A DNA stretch of 64,000 nt, taken from Mobula hypostoma (Eukaryota). Below are positions 12,557 to 24,733 of the stretch, piece by piece (position 1 is the first letter of the stretch; every line of letters starts with the position of its first letter). The translations under genes were made by a program, and so were the position numbers. The notes below the pieces were generated by a model that searched no databases, had not been told where the DNA came from, and worked only from the letters and a program-made list of their open reading frames with translations. Where the stretch lies: NCBI RefSeq assembly GCF_963921235.1, contig NC_086108.1, positions 64,730,001 to 64,794,000 of the forward strand, written 5' to 3'.

Positions 12557-12638
12557 GTTTGAAAGAAATAACCAAATCCAAAAGTGGAAGAACTTAAGAG
12601 GATTGGTAGAACCAGAAGATGATATTGACACAATATGA
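12557..12638 (+). CDS. Candidate last coding exon of an unidentified host gene (..FERNNQIQKWKNLRGLVEPEDDIDTI*)
   Basis: Strong acceptor T11-GTAG at 12555-12556; purine-rich open phase-2 frame to TGA 12636-12638; then ~800 nt of U-rich 3'UTR-like sequence and AATAAA at 13435-13440. No upstream exon identified. Confidence 0.45.
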
Positions 12639-13434
12639 TCACCAGGGTTTTGAACAATAATAACTAGTTTGAAAAAGAACATAAATGAACTGTAATCCTC
12701 ATACTCTGCCGGAGTTAATCTTGGTGAACTTCATTTTTCTCAGTTAGTTGCAGAACTATCAAATTGTAGTGTATTTACACAGCTCTGTGAATGAGTAGGG
12801 TATGCCTTGTTAATCTGGCTGTGGCAATACATACAAGTCATACCTCACCTTGTTGGTTCATCCATTTGATGTATGCTTATTTTTGTTTATGTATTGTGCT
12901 ACTGCATGTCTTGCATTGGTAGACCAGTTTCATGAATGGAATATTTCGTACTGCAATTTTCATTCAGTTGTATATTTTTAAAAAGTGGTTAGCAAAATAT
13001 GTAATTGAGAGTTATTGATATTTAGTTTGTGGATGCTGAGACTGGAAACCCCCTTTATAGTACTCTTCACTGGCTGTAAACCACTAGAGGACTTCAACTA
13101 ACTTTTACTTTTTATGGGGAGCAAAATAATGCCTTCGTCATAGTTCAGTGGAAAATCACGTCTAGTGGTTACTGTCAGAAACTAGGTACAGTCTGAAAGC
13201 TGAGGTTTCAAGGAACATCTTTTTGTAGACACGGAACAGTTTATCATTGTGTGAATGGGTTTCAACCTCGTATTCTGTGTCTGAGATTTACATTTATGAG
13301 AAGATTAGAAATTTGTTGAAATAGCTGATGAAGATTAAATGTTTTATTTAATATGCAAGCCTTCAATTTTATTTTAAGCACTGAAGAACTGCTATCATAG
13401 TAAGTTTGCATAGTGAATGTAAAAGATTATAAAA

Positions 13435-13440
13435 AATAAA
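13435..13440 (+). terminator. Candidate polyadenylation signal
   Basis: AATAAA followed by GT-rich sequence, downstream of the candidate exon; AATAAA is common in AT-rich DNA. Confidence 0.3.
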
Positions 13441-14629
13441 GTTTGTGTCCCAATTTTCAGTCATTGAAGATCACTAAGCATTTGCAATCCAAATTAAGAC
13501 ATACTCAACAGGTCAAGCAGCAACTGAAGAAAGAAAAAAAGTGTTTCTCTTCACAGATGCTGTGTGACCTGTTCAATATTTTCAGTATTAGTAGTCTTTT
13601 AATCTCCATTTTCAGTGGCTAATGAAGCAGGTATAGTGGTGCATCTACCAACTAATTTGCATCCACAGGTAATTTGCAGTTTAGATTAATCTTTAATATT
13701 TATCACCACCAGTACCATACCCAGTTTAAATATATTTGATTAGTTGAGAGATTCTGTAAGATATGAACTATATTATAAATTTTCACTTTTTTATCTTCAC
13801 TAATTGAGGAAAAGGGTTTTTACTGATATTGGTTATAGCAGAGCATGAGAATCTTTATTTAATTTCACCTTTTAATAGAACTATGGTATTGGTCACAGTG
13901 AGCTGAAGTTAGATCAGAATGTGACATCTAAACCACTAATGTGACAGGAAGTGGTAAGATTATTAAAGAAAGCATGTGTTTTATGTTAGAATTTTAATAT
14001 ACTCAAGATAATTGTACTTTGCAAGTATGTATGCCTACCATATTCTGACATCAAAATCAAAGATATTACTTCCTGCTGATGTTCCTGATCTCAGCATCTT
14101 TGCCTCTCACCAAGAGGAGCTGATGTGTAAGCAAACAATTATAAAATAATTTTTCCACTATTATTTTGAATTTACTTTATTAAATGTATTTAAATGACTT
14201 CCCGACAGGATAATTTAACAATAATTCAAAAGGTACAAAGTGGGATGAATGTCACTGATATTACTAACATTGAGCAATATTTAAGGAGATCTTAACATTT
14301 TGTTACTTTTATGCTATATATAATGCAATGCGAATTAATCTTAAAACCAAAGAAAAAACTGGGTACTTCTGATCCAAGGTTAGAAATTACATACATTCCA
14401 ATTGTCCCTTAATTGACCTTGTGAGTATATAGGCCAAAACCTTTCTTCTTGGTAGCCAGTCAGGCCAATGTGTTCCCTTGTTTAAAATTAATTTTACATC
14501 CCTTTTTGAGCATTAAATCATGTTATTTCTTTCAGAAAGTTGGCATAACTTACAGACTTTCCATTGTTAATTTTGAATGATTTTGCAAGGTTGCCTACAA
14601 CAGAAGGTTTGTTGAAAAGGCATAACGAA

Positions 14630-15010
14630 AGCAAGCATTTATATGCTTCTCCTGTCCTTGGGAGCATCCCAGAATGCTTCACTCACTGAACTATATTTTA
14701 GTTACTTGAATACATGTGACAACTGATTTGCACACAGTAAAGTCCTGCAGATGACAATGAGATGGAATAGCTATAAATATTGTTGCTTGAAAGATTTATT
14801 GGCAAGAATACCTCCATGTTCTTTACTTAACAAAGAACTTAGAATGTTGATTTAAGTGGGCAGATAGATTGATTTAATATCTCAAATAAATGGCTGCTCT
14901 TTTGATAATATACTGAAGTGAATTGTGAGAAGGATTTTATGTGCAAGTGTTAGCATTGGATTTAAACTTGCAAGTTTCTCACACTAAAGCAATATTCCCA
15001 TGACTTAGAT
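14630..15010 (-). mobile_element. Ancient Deu-domain SINE-like relic (SacSINE1/AmnSINE-like)
   Basis: CTGATTTGCACACAGTAAAGTCCTGCAGATGACAATGAGAT..ATTGGCAAGAATACC..GGATTTAAAC (inverse B-box-like); similar to 19490-19800. Confidence 0.5.
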
Positions 15011-18000
15011 CAGCTCAAACTTAATAGAATAAATAGAATTATCTAAAAGAAAAGCAGGTTTAGAACATGTAGCAGGAATTTTCATACGGTGATAAAGATA
15101 CACACGTGGATTTCTTGTCCTTCTAGCTGCTATTGGATGTGTTCTGTTTATACAATGTCTAGAGACCGTTAATGTTAACTCGATTATGTCTTTTTTATTA
15201 ATTTATGGAGACCTGGTGTACTCAAATTGCTTTTGTACTAGGATTTGTGATTTTGGCTCTTGCTTCTCTATCTTAAAATTATTTCCTAATAAATCAAAGG
15301 CTGCTTTTCATAAATTAGGTTTTAATTGAGCAGCATTCTGGAGGTATTTTGGCAATCACCCAGTTTATAAAATTATTGTGTGTTTGCTAGGCTAAAGGCT
15401 ACGTTAATATGGGAAAGATCTTTATTTTTGCAAGGTCCATCAAAGCCAATCAAAGTTCTTTATGTACCATGCTGCCAAAATACATATTGTATTCAGTAAC
15501 ATGTGCATCTATGTGCTGCTGGATCAGATTATCAGCCTTTAAACATGGGGGAGCGGTGGTGTTGTTCTAGGTTGTGTGGGTACAATGTCATGTACGTGGA
15601 TGGAACTACTACTGTCCTTGCTCTTTGTGGAGTAATGAAGAATGCAAGCTCTTAGTATAGTGTGTTGGATCTTTGTATTGTTGACAATTGGAAACTATGA
15701 AATGTCTTGTTCACTTTTGCCTCTGAACATGTAACATAACAGTGCTGTAGCTGTCTCTCAAGGGAGTTGGAGGTCTCCACTGACTACACTAGCAATGAAT
15801 TTCCATATCCCACTCCTCTAAAACCTTGATCTTTAGTGAAAAGATGCTTTGTCCTAAAATGGTAATCTAAGAAAATAAAACACAGCAGTTTTAAGATTTT
15901 GAGTAACTTATTAAAACATTGTGGTGGAAACCTGGTGATTTTAGTTTATAAAAATTCCATGTCTAATGTATAGTTTGGCAGAGTCTTATCTCACAGATGG
16001 AACAGGTTTCCAGTGTTCCATCTCTACAGAGTAGAAGGCCCTCACCGAAGGCTGGCTGCCTATTACTCTTCCCATTTTTACAAAAATTTGTTTCAGCTGA
16101 GTGTATATGGGTGTTATAATTACAATTTCTCCAATTGTCCATGCAACCTACCAGCATTAAGTAAGTACAGGATTGTTTACTGTGAACAAAGGGATAGGGT
16201 TAAGGCCTGATTGGATGATGTTTTCGTTAGACTGGTCGAGGTTTCCCTATTATGCTTGGCATAGGCTAATGCCTGCCATCTCCTGAATGCTGCTATTTGA
16301 TTTCATTATTTCTGCTATTATGCTCAAGTTTGCAGTTTCCCTATTTGTATTACTAAGCCAGTAAAGATATGTAATTCCTTTGCATATCCCTTTTTCACGA
16401 TTAATTTGAAATTCTGTGGTTGCTTGCTACAAACTATGTACAGAAACTTTGCATTGACTGGGGACTAAACCTGGCAACCTGTGACCCATTTGGTTTAGTA
16501 CTGCATCTGTTGATGCATTTATATAGTGAACTATTTGGGCATTCTAACTACCTTATTCCGGCAGTTTTGTGATCCCAGGTTGCTATCTGTGCAACATTCA
16601 GTGCAGCCACGTGTGTTGTGTTAATCTTGTACTGAGTGAATCATATTGGGTTCACTCTGCTCTCTGATTGGTATTGCTAGATTGTTCAGCTACTCCTAAT
16701 AATTTAAGAATCCTTCTTGTGAAGGCTGAGTTTGTGAAATGTGCAATGGCAAGTTCTCCCATATGGGACCTCCATATTAAAGGGATGCATCCATTTTAAA
16801 TATATGTCATCATTTATGGAAATAAATAATGTTGGGACTACATATAAAGTGCCAGAAAATTCCAGGCTTTACAGTAAAAGTCTAATGGACAACGTTAAAA
16901 CAGTAAAGCATGAAACATGGAGTGTGTGACTGTGACTGGATGACACATTCCTTGATGCATAAGTGAATATGAAGAGGCTAGCTCACTTTATCACTCAAGG
17001 CCATCCTCTCCAGAAGCTGGCACTTAGGATTGTCACCTTAATTGATTGTTTTCTAGATTTTACCAAAAGTTATTTTCTAATATCTTCAATTTCTTTTTAA
17101 ACTATGGCATTATGATTTTTCTCTCAAATGGAGGGTTTCTGCATAATCCAGTAGTGTAGTGACCCCAGATGGATTTGCTATTCAGACAAAACATTGCTTA
17201 TTGTACCATTTAACTGAGACTTTTTAGGATTTGTGAAGTTAAATCTAATTGAGGGAATGGAATACCAGGTATCTGGCACAAACAGAAACTGGAATTTATT
17301 AATCTGTTTCTTGTTTACATCATGTCACATTTTCACATAACCCAGAGTCCTTTTACTCAGTCTCGCGGCTCTCCCTATATCAGGGTACGTTCCAAGCTTG
17401 AAATAGTCGGGCCACTGGCACATGGTGGTGCCAAGGTTTGAGGAAAGATCTGGCTCCGACTGATCCTCTTAGCTTTGAAAACTTGAATGACTAGTACTCT
17501 ACTTGAGTGGATTTATAAAGAAATTTAACATAAGGAATAAAAATTAGTTGGAAAAATGGAATTCCTAAATGTATTTTAAGTACTTAAATATGTCAGGAAG
17601 AAGCTGTTTGTGTAGAAGGGCAAACTTGAAAGGTGTGATCAGTAAGAAGGAGTAATGAGGGGAGTGACTGGGAGGGGCATGATCCAGTCATTAAGAAAGC
17701 ATTGAACAAGGAATGGGTGCTTATGAGAAATGTGTGCCATTCTTCATTGGTTCTTTGTATAACATAAGCTGACAGGTCTCTTTTTCACTCAGACCTTTAG
17801 GTTGACTATCAGAAAATAAATCATAATTATAGGAATAAAATTCTGCTATCAATAACCCATCAACAGTTACATGACTGGTATTTTTCTTTGGAAATTACTT
17901 AAAAAGACAATTTATGAACAGAGATTTGACTTTGTGGCTTGATTTGGATAATTTTCTCTGCAGCTGTGCTAGATTCAACAATGTTTCTCTTACAGGTTGA

Positions 18001-19489
18001 TAATAGAAACTAAATTTAGTTTGGCTGTGAAAACCAGCACTAAATGAAGGAATGGTTGTCAGTGCTGCAGGACTTGGAATTAATCATCTTTAATTTACCA
18101 ATGTGCTGATTATTTATTTAGCAAAATCCTGTACTTATTTTTCACTGAATGCACTCATTTCTGCAAGTTCTGTGTCTTGTTGCTTTCTGTTCTCATTCTT
18201 TAAACATTCATTGAAGGGTTAAACACATATTGGGTCAGGCAGCCTAATTCCCCTTTATTTATCATAAAATCACAACGGCATACAGTTAATTTCAGCACTG
18301 TAATTTGGAAGTGCATTCTGGGCTGAGAAGGACTGTAACATGAGGAAATGTTTTAAAGGCTAATCATGAAAAGAAAGGGGTCTTTCATAGCCCATATGAT
18401 GCTTCTGTCAGAGCTGTAGCCAGATAATGATTCAGTAATAATGGGACATTGTGCATATTTCAACTGAGTACAGCAGAGCAAATGAACGGATGTTGCTATT
18501 TTTCCAAACTATGCTGCATGTCTCTAAGGCACTCTCATGGCACTGAAGAAAGACCCTGGGACTGGATTTATTGTGTACAGTTCCTTCGATTGTATTTGCA
18601 CGTTTTTGGTCTGTTAGCATTAGTTCTTTAAACATCTGTTTCACGTAGCTTTACGGAGCCATATCTTCCCATATGTTCTGGGAATGTTACCAAAAGTGAG
18701 CTTGTAGCTTGACCCCTTTTCCCAACCCCCAACACAGCTTGGTACCAGAGGGAGCAATTGCATAGTGCTGTGTATTTTGAAAAAAGATAGAAAAAGGCAA
18801 GTAGTATGAACCGCAGCTCATTTATTTCAGAAGAAAGAAGTATTTTCTTTGTTGTTTTTTTCTCGTTTAAGGTCATGTTATTTGATGATTTTTAAAAATA
18901 AAAGTAGCAACTTAATGGAGGTTTTTATTTGTTCAAAGGTAAATTTTAAAACATACATTTTTGCTAGAACTTAAGTTGCAAAGTTTGTGATACCTCACTT
19001 TGCAATTTACTGTCATTGTAAAATGAATTACTTTTCACAGTGGTCTTTAAGCTGTGCAAAATGCCTCTGCATGATTGACTTTTCAGAGCTTTAAGTTTTA
19101 ATAACTACGTAATCTATCTCAAAAATAATATTTAGTGAAGTTTTGCATAAGGGAAATAAAACCAGTTTTTCCTCTATGTGAAGTTCTGATTTTATGAATA
19201 TTCAAAAAAATTAAAATAAGGATGATGCATGAACACTCATCATGGTGTTCATATATACCTGTTGATAGCATCTTAGAGGAACACCAGAACATAAATTACA
19301 TGCTCAGTGTCTGTAGTGCATAAACATTCTTCATTTCTGTAGATTCTAATATGGTCAACTGAACCATCCTCGTTCAGTTTCTCTAGTCAATTGCCTATGT
19401 CGGTGGGCCTGCCCCTTGGAAAGAAAGTTCCTGCAACATCTGCTGACTTGGAATCAGCTTCCACATATAAACAAAGAAAGAAAAAGTCC

Positions 19490-19800
19490 ATTTCCTTTGC
19501 ACCTTCACAGCCTTAAGGACTTATGAAGTTGAATCACCATTGTAATGAAGGAACCTTAGCAGCCAATTTGTGTACAGCAAGCTCCTGTAAATAGCAATGT
19601 GATAATCAGAATCAGAATCATGTTTAATATCATCGGCAGATAAGATAAAGATCAGATAATGTTTTTATAGCATTATTTGAAGGAAAAATATTGGCCTGAA
19701 CACAGTTTAATCAAGCTGTACTTTGAACTTGAGTCCGAGGATCTTCTGTGTTCACCTAAGAGGCCAGAAAGAGCTTTCGCTTAATTCAAGATGGAATTTC
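19490..19800 (-). mobile_element. Ancient Deu-domain SINE-like relic interrupted by a short LINE tail
   Basis: GCAGCCAATTTGTGTACAGCAAGCTCCTGTAAATAGCAATGTGATAAT..AAATATTGGCC; AATCAG repeats inserted at ~19604-19640. Confidence 0.6.
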
Positions 19801-20026
19801 ATTGGCATACGCATAAATGGAATTGAACTCTATTATCAGCCTTCCAACCCTTTACTGCTCCTGTCTGTTAGAACACTTGCTATCATTCATTTGTAAATAA
19901 ATTGCAACATCCGTTGGATAAATTGGAGAAAGGAAACGAAAGCTCCAGTTTCAATCTACTTAAAACTCAGTATCCTCATCCTTGGACGTAGGGTCTGACT
20001 GAATCAGATTGCTTTTGACCCTAATG

Positions 20027-20108
20027 TAGGGGTTCCCAACTTTTTTATGTCACGGAGCCTTACCCTTAACTGGTAACTGGTGTGTGGACCCCAGGTTTGA
20101 TACCTCTC
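20027..20108. mobile_element. Small hAT/Charlie-type MITE, decayed
   Basis: TAGGGGTTCCCAACTTTTTT..GTGGACCCCAGGTTTGATACCTCT; degenerate terminal inverted repeats, no clean TSD. Confidence 0.6.
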
Positions 20109-20749
20109 CCTCAATATATTTTCACCCCAAAGCTCTGCTCTTGAATTTTGTTACCTGTATAAACTGTGTAATATCACCTACTTTCATCCCCACTTGTACC
20201 CGTCTTTTGTTGAATACAGAAATAATGCCATGATCACAAATAAACTCAATTACCATAAGTCTCTGTGGCTGCATCTTATTTTTTACAGTCTCACTAATCA
20301 ATCACCCCTTTCATTGCTTATCAACATTGCTTCTCTATATTTAGAAATGTACATAACCTGAAAGTGCCCACAACTCCTGGCTCATCTGACTCCAGCTACA
20401 TGTGAATCCCCTTACTGCCCACCAGTTGAGAGCATGTCTTCTGCCAGAGGATGTCTTCTGCCATCTTCTAGACTATCTTTCTGAAAATGGGGTAGCAATG
20501 CAGCTTCTCCTAACCACAGTATGAACAATGTGGACAAAGTCAAATGAGAGGAACTAAGAATTTGCTAATAATGTTGCGTGTTCAAGTTGGCAAGCCAAAG
20601 CAGCTTTTAACAAGGCTACTCTTCTTTCTGAAAGAAAATCTATATTGTGATAAATCCTGTGATTGCAGTAAGATTATTTGCATATTTTACAAAAAAGAAC
20701 CTGGTTACATGATCAACTTGAAAAAAGTCTGCTATGAAGGGGCCACTGA

Positions 20750-21177
20750 ACAGGATCGATTAAAAACTACAGAAAGTTTTAAACTCTGCCAGCTCTATCA
20801 TGGGCACTAGCTTCTCCTCCGTTGAGGGCACCTTCAAAGGGCAATGCTGCAAAAAGGTGGCACTCATCATTAAGGACCCCTATCACCCAGGACATGCCCT
20901 CTTCTTATTGCTACTATCAAGGAGGAGGTAGAGGAGCTGGAAGACACACACCCAAAGTTCCAGGATCTGCTTCTTCCCCTCTGCCATCAGACTTCTGAAT
21001 GGGCAATGAACTCATGAACACTACCTCCATATTTTTTGTTCTCTTTTTGTGCTACTTATTTACTTTATTTTATATACTTATTATTGTAATTTATAATGTT
21101 TTTATTGTTATGTTTTGCAGTGTACTACAGCAAATTTCATGCTATATGCCAGTAATATTAAGCCTGATTCTGATTCA
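20750..21177 (+). mobile_element. Rex1/Babar-like LINE 3' portion
   Basis: IIKDPYHPGHALFLLLLSRRR..CFFPSAIRLLN; ends CTGATTCTGATTC. Confidence 0.8.
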
Positions 21178-22524
21178 AAAAAAATTCTTAAGAACAATGT
21201 GCAGAATGCAATGCATTCATTTCCTTCCAAGTGGAATATGATGTTCATATCTTAAAACCATTCTCTCAGTTTACAAAGAACTACATATGAAGAAACAAAT
21301 TATTGTGAGGGGTAGCTCACTTTGCCCTTTGTGCCTCCTCTGTCATTCAATATAGTCACGTTTAACTGATTGTAAACTCAGCTCATATACAAGTGTCAAA
21401 TCGAAAAGGTGAATAGGCAGCCTGACTTCCAACAAAAAAATTGTGAAGATTGCCTGGTAAAAATTACAGTCGAAAAAAGTAATACATTAATTGAAGTAAC
21501 TTTTTCTTTCAAGCTTGACACCAGCAATTAACTAACAAACTGTATGTGAAGATTTGGATTTGAATATTGATGATTGGTAGGATTGATCTGCACGAAATGT
21601 TAACCTCCTCTCATACTACAGTCTGACATATCCTGTCATCAGACTCCGAATTAATGTACAGTATCATGACTCCATCATTAACAAAGCTCAGGAAAGACCA
21701 ACCACCAGCCCTCCCAACCCCCCACACCCCACCATCCCCCATCACCAGTTAGAACACACCCAGTCCTTTTTGTATGGCTTTCAAAGACATTAGTTTTGTT
21801 TTAATACATTGAATCATTAGGCGTGAAATTCTCATTGGGGAAAAATAATGGATGTTGAATGGAGAACAGTTTTAAACACTGGAAGCACACACGGTGTTAA
21901 ATGAAGTAAGGTAACATTTAGAAATAAATTAGGGACAAGCAGGCTTCCAACATAATTTATATCCAAAATTCAAGATTTGAAATGCTTTCCTGCAGTTTAC
22001 TACAGACCTCCTGCACTGGTATAAATAACACTGGGGGTCTGGTATTTCTTTTATAAATATACTTTTCATCTGCAGTTTTATACAAAACCTGAAACTACAC
22101 AGAGACTGATGAAATCTATAATCCATTCAGTGGGAGGCAAGAAAAGAATTTTCTCTTTCAATAAAAGTCTCTGGCTGTGGGGGAGCTGGGGGTGGGGAGG
22201 TGGGTTTGTTGGGGGTGGGGTGTGGGGGTAGGATTATTTTAACCTGAAGGCAGAGTTTAAAAGAAATGGGGAGGCTAGGTAGGGTTTATGGTCTACATGC
22301 TGTGAGGGAGTTGTAAAAAGATAAGGGGATATGTCTTGAAGTTTTTCTGTTATGCATGAACAAAGAATAAGACAATGGGATATTTATTAGAACTTTGATT
22401 TAGTGCTGAAAGCTGCTCTCTGACCTGAAAGAAATTTGTGTTCACAGTCTAAAAGGCTTCGTGGGGAAAGACCAAAGTGATGCAAGCCATCTGCATTGGG
22501 CTCCATGCCAGTCGTTTGCCAGTA

Positions 22525-22935
22525 TGCTTAGGCCACCTGGCTCAATACACAGCCAAGTATGCCAGTGACTAGCCAGCCTCACCCCTCGGGCCGCTGGTTT
22601 AAATCTCTTTTGAAATGCAAGGAGCCAGAAACTGTGTTCAAACTCTCCCTTGCCGACATCTTTGTCTGTTGGTAGACAGACTGTGTAGTCATGAGCAGCA
22701 GACAGTAAGCTGGTCTCACTCTGAGTGAGCTCATTCTTTGTCTGTGGAAGAATTCAATATTGGTGCATTGTCCCTATACTATCACCTGGACCATGGGACT
22801 GGCAGAGAGCAATAGGCAGAAGACGGTACCATTTGCTGTGATAAAGGACATGTTGAATGATTACAGGCTGAATGCCAGCTGCTTTGAATCCCAGTTGACT
22901 TGTTAACTCTTTAGGACTTCAGCACTCTGTAACAT
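22525..22935 (+). mobile_element. Ancient tRNA-derived SINE relic, LF-SINE-like
   Basis: A-box-like TGGCTCAAT and B-box-like GGTTTAAATCTC, then GGTCTCACTC, GCAGAGAG and AGGACTTCAG blocks in the order I recall for LF-SINE. Confidence 0.35.
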
Positions 22936-24675
22936 CTTGTTTCTTTACATGCTTAAAATATGGGGAAAATGTATTTTTTAAGCAGATGTAAAGGTAGTTT
23001 ATTTATTTTCTATCTTATGTGAACTTTATATTTAAAAAGGCATCACACCTCAAGTAAGCTCTAAATTTGTTTGCTTTGTAGGTTTTTGTTCTGAAGAACA
23101 ATTATGTTATTTGATAGGAATCCTTAAGTACCTTCAGTACAATTTAAAATAGGAATGCAATTTGTAGGTAATGTTATCATGATTATATATTGATTGCTAT
23201 GATTCTGTGACATTGTTACAGTAATAGTAATGACAATTCTTTCATACTCATTGCAGGCCCTTTGTCCTGAAAATAAATGCAGAATAATTTGCACACAAGA
23301 TTTAAAAAAGTTCTGTCATTTTGGAACTGGGCAGAAAGTATGATGGAAGGAGAGGGGTGCTTCACAAACTGATAAACGTAGGGAGGGAATTTTTTTCTTT
23401 TCAGCATTAAATTGCACCAGTTTTCTCAGGTCAGTAGCTCTGATTCTAGACAAGCATTACACATTTTTACTGTCTAGCCTAAAGTTCAGGTCTACTGCTC
23501 AAGAGAGAGCTCTAAGCATGCATAAAGGGAGGACCCTTTTCACCAGATAAATTTTAAAGCCTTGAAATTTCAGTTGATTGCTGTGGGAATTATTTACACA
23601 AGATGGCCAAGCACCTGCTTCTTTTGCATAGCTTATTGATTATTGGGGCTGGAATTTTCACGATGGATGGGATGCTGGAATCTAGCAAGCTGGAGTGCAG
23701 TTGGCAAAGATATAACTTTGAGTTGTATTATAAATTTGGTTAGGTTGTCATTTTCTTAATTTGCTGCCTTATGGAACGGTAAAATGGGTTAGACAAGCTA
23801 TACCTGCAGATTTAAGATCTTTGCATCTTTGGCATTTCAGAGGGAATATTGGGCAACCCAGCAGAGATGATCAATCTCGTATCTAAATGAGATGACATAA
23901 ATAAAATAGGGTAGAGGAAATGACTAATTCCCTTCAAATAGATTGTGTTTCTATGTGGGAGATATCTCAGTAGGAAGCCCTGATTCAGATTAGTTTATTG
24001 TCATATACATTGGGGTAGAAGTTCCTTTCCTCTATTTTGTGTGTTTTCCACAAAAAATGTGGTGTACAGAATTAGCACATTTATACGAATACGTAGAAAT
24101 AAGAGTAGACTATTTGTCCTATCTGGTATGTTTACTCATTAGCTGACATAAAGGCTGACTTATATCCCAAACCCCATATCTCTTAACTCATGTGATTAAT
24201 TGAAGATTAATTAAGATTAACAATTGACAGAAAAAATGATAATTGATCTTTATGGAGGAGGGCTCTGAACTTCTACCACCCTATTGTTTGTATGATGCAA
24301 GAAACAGTTTTTAAATTACTTACAAGAAGAATTAATTCCCAAAGGCTTCTTGAGCAATTTATGCACTCAATTTGAGACTGCACTGAATTTACAGTCTATA
24401 AAATTTCAAAATTAATCAATATGGGATTTTGCCCATCAGAAATTCTCACACGTTTTCATTTTGGAGTCAGTTTGGGCCCAGACTTGGAATTGATACTACA
24501 CGAGTTCTCCAGCATTGGCAGGATTCCCAATCTGCTGGAAGGGCTAATCATAAATTTAGGCAAACTCATTGCACATTTTAATGTGGGAGTCAGAAAGTTC
24601 CACCAAGGCTAGATTGTTTTAAAAAGTCTGAAGCTGAAAATTATTCCAATCTATCTTGGTAAACTTCTTTCTTTG

Positions 24676-24733
24676 CAACACACACAAAATGCTGGAGGAA
24701 CTCAGCAGGCCAGGCAGCATCTATGGAAAAAAG
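24676..24733 (-). mobile_element. Short PLE 3'-end fragment
   Basis: GCAACACACACAAAATGCTGGAGGAACTCAGCAGGCCAGGCAGCATCTATGG, matching the ends at 38240 and 50004. Confidence 0.75.

Noticed and set aside
15995..16023. Hairpin AGATGGAACA/TGTTCCATCT as a miRNA
   Set aside because: A 10-bp stem is too short and matches no miRNA I recognise.
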